Assembly: GCA_964016885.1 (NCBI GenBank)
Contig: OZ024740.1
Span: 287,990,001 to 288,054,000, forward strand
Direction: 5' to 3'
From: Eledone cirrhosa
Taxonomy: Eukaryota
Length of the DNA: 64,000 nucleotides
Of the stretch, positions 55,401 through 64,000 are shown piece after piece. The translations under genes and the position numbers were made by a program. Below the pieces are notes generated by a model. The model saw nothing but the letters and a program-made list of their open reading frames with translations, was not told the origin of the DNA and did not search any database. Numbering within the stretch: position 1 is the first letter of the stretch; each line of letters opens with the position of its first letter.

Positions 55401-56173
55401 CACGTTCTTTAACAGAAATTTAGCAGCAATTCAACAGCTCGAGAGGAATTCAGACTTCTGATTTATGTTTGGGATGATGTGGTTGTTTATATGTAAGTTT
55501 TCTTTGATGCAAATATCACATTTCTACAACTCATTAATGAATGAACCAGCTTCGTTTATAATCGACTATTTTAAGATAGATAGATAGATAGTTAGGCAGA
55601 CAGAGAGACAGACAGAGAGATATATAGATATATAGATAGATAGATAGATAGATAGACAGATAGATAGATAGATAGAGAAAGAGACAGATAGATAAACAGA
55701 TAAATAGATAGACAGACGGATAATAGATAGTTAGAAAGGCATACATACATGCATACATTCAGATACATAAATAGATAGATAGATAAATAGATAGGTAAAT
55801 AGATAGATAAATAGATATATAGATAGATAGAAAGCAAATGCTTTGTTTGATTGTCAAAGATATTAAGTTACAAGCATTTATTTTACAACAATGCGTTCTT
55901 GTTCTATAATGATGTATAATTTATTAGATTGAGAAAGCAGTAAAAGAAGATTTTAAAACAAAAGGCAGACGATAAATTGCACATAAATATTGATATATCA
56001 GATTAGGCAAACGATCAAAATCGTGATGTTCTTAGTCTAATCTTCTTTCTCAAGATTCTCGAGTGAAATAAATAGAAGTGATAAAAGCGGATATAAAGAA
56101 ACAGAGAAAGAAGGGTTTGTTGGAAATAAGTATAAGTATATATATATATATGTACATCCCTACCCACGCCCTA

Positions 56174-56270
<97 letters not shown>

Positions 56271-56985
56271 TATATATATAAAAACATATACATATATATA
56301 CATACATATATTTATATGTATGTATGTATGTATGTATGTATTGACATCTTTTATTCGGAATGTTGAGCGGAAATTATAATTTCCTTTGTTAACACTTTGA
56401 ATTTACCCGCCAAAAACCGGGGGTAGCTTTCCTTGTTGTAAATAACACGTGACAACGAAATGTTTGAAGGTTGTCTTCTGTAGCGGTCGCATTTAGTTTG
56501 TTCACACCAGTTTGAGGCATGACGGAATCCCTGTTGATGAAATGAATCCCCTGTTCGATCATGGAATACCACAAACATACGTGTTACGTAAGTTGGATAG
56601 ATGATTTCGGATTCATAGAAACACTTCGGACGCATTGCAGAATATCGTCCGATTTGTCCAGGTCTGTTTATTAACCTGTTAGTTCTTTCGTTACTTTGGT
56701 ATTGTGTGGTTGGGTATTGTCTACCGCAATGTTCAATTTGTCAAGCTTTTTAAACGTATGTTATTACTCTAAGGACCTACCCTTATTGAGTGCTTTGCTA
56801 ACTCATTCCTATTGTAGGTCGACTTTGCTTGGCAACAGCCAAAGGTTCGATTTTACTAAGCTTCCACTTGTATATATATCCCTGTTTTTTAAATCCCTTG
56901 GCCAACGGCATTCACCCGTCCTCAAAATCACCATCATCCCCAACCACCAGAAAACATATAAATACCACCATATTACAATGAGAGT

Positions 56986-57035
56986 TGGTTTCCCCGACGA
57001 GTTCTTCCGAATGAAACAGTTCTAGTCCTGTAGAA

Positions 57036-57039
<4 letters not shown>
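56986..57039 (+). ncRNA. Type I hammerhead motif
   Basis: TGGTTTCC-CCGACGA-GTT..AAT-GAAA-CAG TTCTAGTC CTG-TA-GAAGCCA. Confidence 0.65.
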
Positions 57040-57112
<73 letters not shown>

Positions 57113-57133
57113 ATACATATACCTATATATATA

Positions 57134-58007
57134 CGAGGTGTGTCAGAAAAGTTCCAGGACTGATGTCACAAAATATTTATTTCAAACCCAAACTTCACAC
57201 TAAGAGTTTTCTCCTTCAAAATAATCCCCCTGGAGTATCTTAGCTCTCTGCAGCGATCAAACTTTTTTTTTCATAATTTTATATACATATCCTCTGTTTC
57301 AGGTCGTCAAGCAATGAGCACAGAGCAACGAACAAACTTGAAGTTTCTGGTACGGTTGGGGAAAACTCCGTCAGAAGCTGGGATTGCTGCAGCAAGTGTA
57401 TGGAGATGAGATGATGTCACGCTCACGTGTTTTTGAGTGAGCGTGACGTGGATGATGACCCCAGGAACGGAAGGCCCTCAACAACCAGGACTGAGGTCAA
57501 CGTTGAGCACGTCAGGCAGATGGTGCGTAGCGATCGTCGGCTGACTGTTCCACTGATGAGCTGGGCATGAATAGGAACAGCGTCTGGAAGATTCTCACTG
57601 AAGATTTGGACATGCGGAAAGTCTGCGCGAATATGGTGCCAAAACTGCTGAACGATGACCAGAAGGGTCGACGCATGCAAGTGTGCCAGGACATCCTCGA
57701 GCGTCTTGAAACCGAACCAGACTTGCTAGAGACAGTCATCTCCGGTGATGAGTCATGGATGTTCGAGTACGACCCGGAGGGGGACTCGTTTGAAGACGTG
57801 GACAACATCAAAAAGGCCGTGACGACGGAACTGCGGATGATCCCGGAAGAATCCTTCCAGGAGTGCATGCAAGCGTGGCAGAAAAGGATGGAAAAGTGCA
57901 TTAGACTCCAGGGGGATTACTCTGAAGGAGAAAACTCTTAGTGTGAAATTTGGCTTTGAAATAAATCTTTTGTGACATCAGTCCTGGAACTTTTCTGACA
58001 CACCTCG
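57134..58007 (+). mobile_element. Internally deleted mariner, same subfamily as 10264-11126
   Basis: TA flanks, ~100-bp TIRs, same YDPE|G..FED deletion junction. Confidence 0.92.
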
Positions 58008-58013
58008 TATATA

Positions 58014-58067
58014 TGGCTTGTACAGGACTAGAACTGTTTCATTTGGAAGAACTCGTCAGGAAAACCA
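58014..58067 (-). ncRNA. Type I hammerhead motif (inverted partner of 56986-57039)
   Basis: TGGTTTTC-CTGACGA-GTT..AAT-GAAA-CAGTTCTAGTCCTG-TA-CAAGCCA. Confidence 0.65.
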
Positions 58068-58480
58068 ACTCTCATTGTAATATGGTGGTATTTATATGTT
58101 TTCTGGTGGTTGGGGATGGTGGTGATTTTGAGGACGGGTGAATGCCGTTGGCCAAGGGATTTAAAAAACAGGGATTCTTTGTAAAAACTGTTTTTAGAAA
58201 TATACACATTAATACAATGACACAAATAAAAAGAAAGGTACACATCCACACTCAAGTACAAACACACATATACATACAAACACACATATACATACAAACA
58301 CCCACACACTTTTGCGGGGGTTCATTTAAGTAAACAAAAAGGTTTCATTGAGTGATTGAATTGTTGGGCTCTGCTCAAAGAAGTTTTGGTATCAATGGCT
58401 TATTGGGTTATTGGCACATGTCAAATCAATTAGTAGTGAGGGTGGTGGGATTTTGTCATGACACACGCACGCACACACAC

Positions 58481-61610
<3,130 letters not shown>

Positions 61611-61658
61611 CATATATGCACATGTCTGTATACTTATTTGTGCGTATGTATATGTGTG

Positions 61659-61730
<72 letters not shown>

Positions 61731-62228
61731 CACACATATACATACGCACAAATAAGTATACAGACATGTGCATATATGCACACAGGCGGACGAATGCACA
61801 TACGTGTACGAAAAATATACATATATTCAGATATATACACAGATATAGATATATGCACATACACACAGATATACATATACATATGTATGTACATACACAC
61901 ATACACACATTTATATACGTACACACATATATACGCATATACATACACACACACATTTATATATATATATATACATATACATATATACATATATATATAA
62001 ATAAATATACGCATACATATACATGCATACACATGCACATGCATATACACCCACATACATATGTAAATACAGGTAGGTATGTGCATCCCCCCCCCACACA
62101 CACACATGCGCAAACATACACATGCAAACACACATGTAAACACACACTCACACATAAGCACACACATATATTAAACATTTGGTTAATCATAGGGACATTT
62201 TAAATTTGAAAATACAGTGTTGATAAGC

Positions 62229-62419
62229 AGGGCGGTGGATTGGCAGTATCGGTAGAGGCTCGGACGCCATGCTTTGACGCATAGAGTTACGGCCCTTGCC
62301 ATTCTGAGTTCAAATCCCGCCGAGGTTAACTTTGCCTTTCATCCTTACAGGGTCGATAAAATAAAGTACCAGTAATACACTGGATAATTGCTGGCCTTGT
62401 GCCAAAAGTAGAAACAATT
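62229..62419 (+). mobile_element. tRNA-SINE (main family); inverted fragment follows at 62436-62520
   Basis: Full head-to-tail copy; TSD TGTTGATAA. Confidence 0.92.
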
Positions 62420-63349
62420 ATGTTGATAACTACAATAATTGTTTCTACCAGCAATCATCCCAGTGCATTACTGGTACTTTATTTTATCAACCCCGTAAGG
62501 ATGAAAGGCAAAGTTAACTCAAAACATACACATTCACACATACAATAACATCCATACCTGCACACACATGCATGCATACATGCATACATATCTACCTAGT
62601 TGATGTGTAAATTCCAATGAAAGAGTCTTGTATCTATGTTAGAAACCGGCTTTCTATTGGTAAAAATTTGTGAAATTATAAAACCAGAAGAACATACATA
62701 CACACGCACACATACATACACACATACATGCACACATACATACACACGCACACATACATACACACATACATGCACACATACATACACACATACATGCACA
62801 CATACATACACACGCACACATACATACACACATACACACATACATACACACATACATGCACACATACATACATATTCTTAAACAACAGACATTCAATTAT
62901 CTTCCAATGAATTGTTGTTCAGTTGAATAGGTTTTCGTTTCCTTCCAAATATCTAATCAAACGTGTTATGTCATCCAAAATGAAAAAGCTATTATGAAAT
63001 ATATGGTTCCGCTAATAACGATTTACTTTTGGGAGATTGTTACAATTACGATAATACATTTCAACAAGATTACGTATGACAGCTGCAATGTATGTTAATG
63101 CGTGGAGTGGCGCCTGACTTAGTGGTTAGGGTGTTCGGCACACAAAATAAAATCGTAAGTTAGATTCTCGGCGGCGTGTTGTGTCTCCTGAGTAAGATAC
63201 TTTATTTCCCAATACTCCAGTACACTCAACTGGCTAATCCTGTGTCACTCTGAATCTCTCTGAGAATTACGTTAAGGATACAATTTCATAAGCAGGCTCT
63301 TCCTTTGTTCAAACACCCGGACATATTTCGTCACAACTAACAGAAATCC

Positions 63350-63522
<173 letters not shown>

Positions 63523-63569
63523 GTAATCCTGTACATTACATAGTTGTTATTGTTATTGATGCCGTTTCT

Positions 63570-63832
63570 CTGACTCAACTATGATCCTTTTATTTTTTAT
63601 TCTAATTGAGAGATCACGGCTCTGATACTACGGGAATGTAGTTAGAATGTTTCGGGACAGATTTTACGAGCAAAACCAACGGGCAGGAACCCCAGGGGCA
63701 GACCCCGGGCAAGATGACTGGATAACAACCATGAGCTCGGCTGGTTTTTTCTTGGGGATCTAGCCGGAATCAATTGGAGACGGTTGCTTCTGACAGAAGA
63801 AGAAGAAGAAGAAGAAGAAGAAGAAGAAGAAG
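63570..63832 (+). mobile_element. RTE-clade LINE 3' end with (GAA)n tail
   Basis: RAKPTGRNPRGRPRAR*LDN followed by (GAA)n. Confidence 0.7.
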
Positions 63833-64000
63833 ATATCTAAATATACCATGTTATCCAGGTATCCTTCGTTTTATAATCTGGCAGGGCGTGATTTAAGGGA
63901 GATTTAGCTATTATTACTCGCAGATCGAGTGCTCCTTTAACTTTGCATTCAAATTTTTATAATCCTATAAAAATACTGGTGAAAATTCTGATTGTGTGAC

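Overview
Repeat-saturated, AT-rich eukaryotic DNA. It is most likely an octopus/cephalopod genome, inferred from the SINE types and extreme microsatellite load; no search was run. No intact host gene is evident, and most ORF-track entries are microsatellite translations. Retroelements: a tandem array of six L1/Tx1-type LINE copies in (TATC)n (one near full length), a Dong/R4-type RLE LINE end in (TAA)n, two Penelope-like (GIY-YIG) elements, RTE, CR1 and Jockey-like relics, and about 20 tRNA-derived SINE copies. DNA elements: decayed Tigger/pogo, hAT and mariner transposons, hAT, piggyBac and mariner MITEs, and non-autonomous Helitrons. The most striking unexplained layer is a set of short fold-back (inverted-repeat) elements in (AT)n tracts. 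Many carry minimal type I hammerhead ribozyme motifs (13 motifs from about 6 sequence families found by eye), and one fold-back family carries a tRNA-like Pol III head instead. A fragmented Mab-21/cGAS-like pseudogene can be pieced together on the minus strand at about 51.6-63.1 kb.
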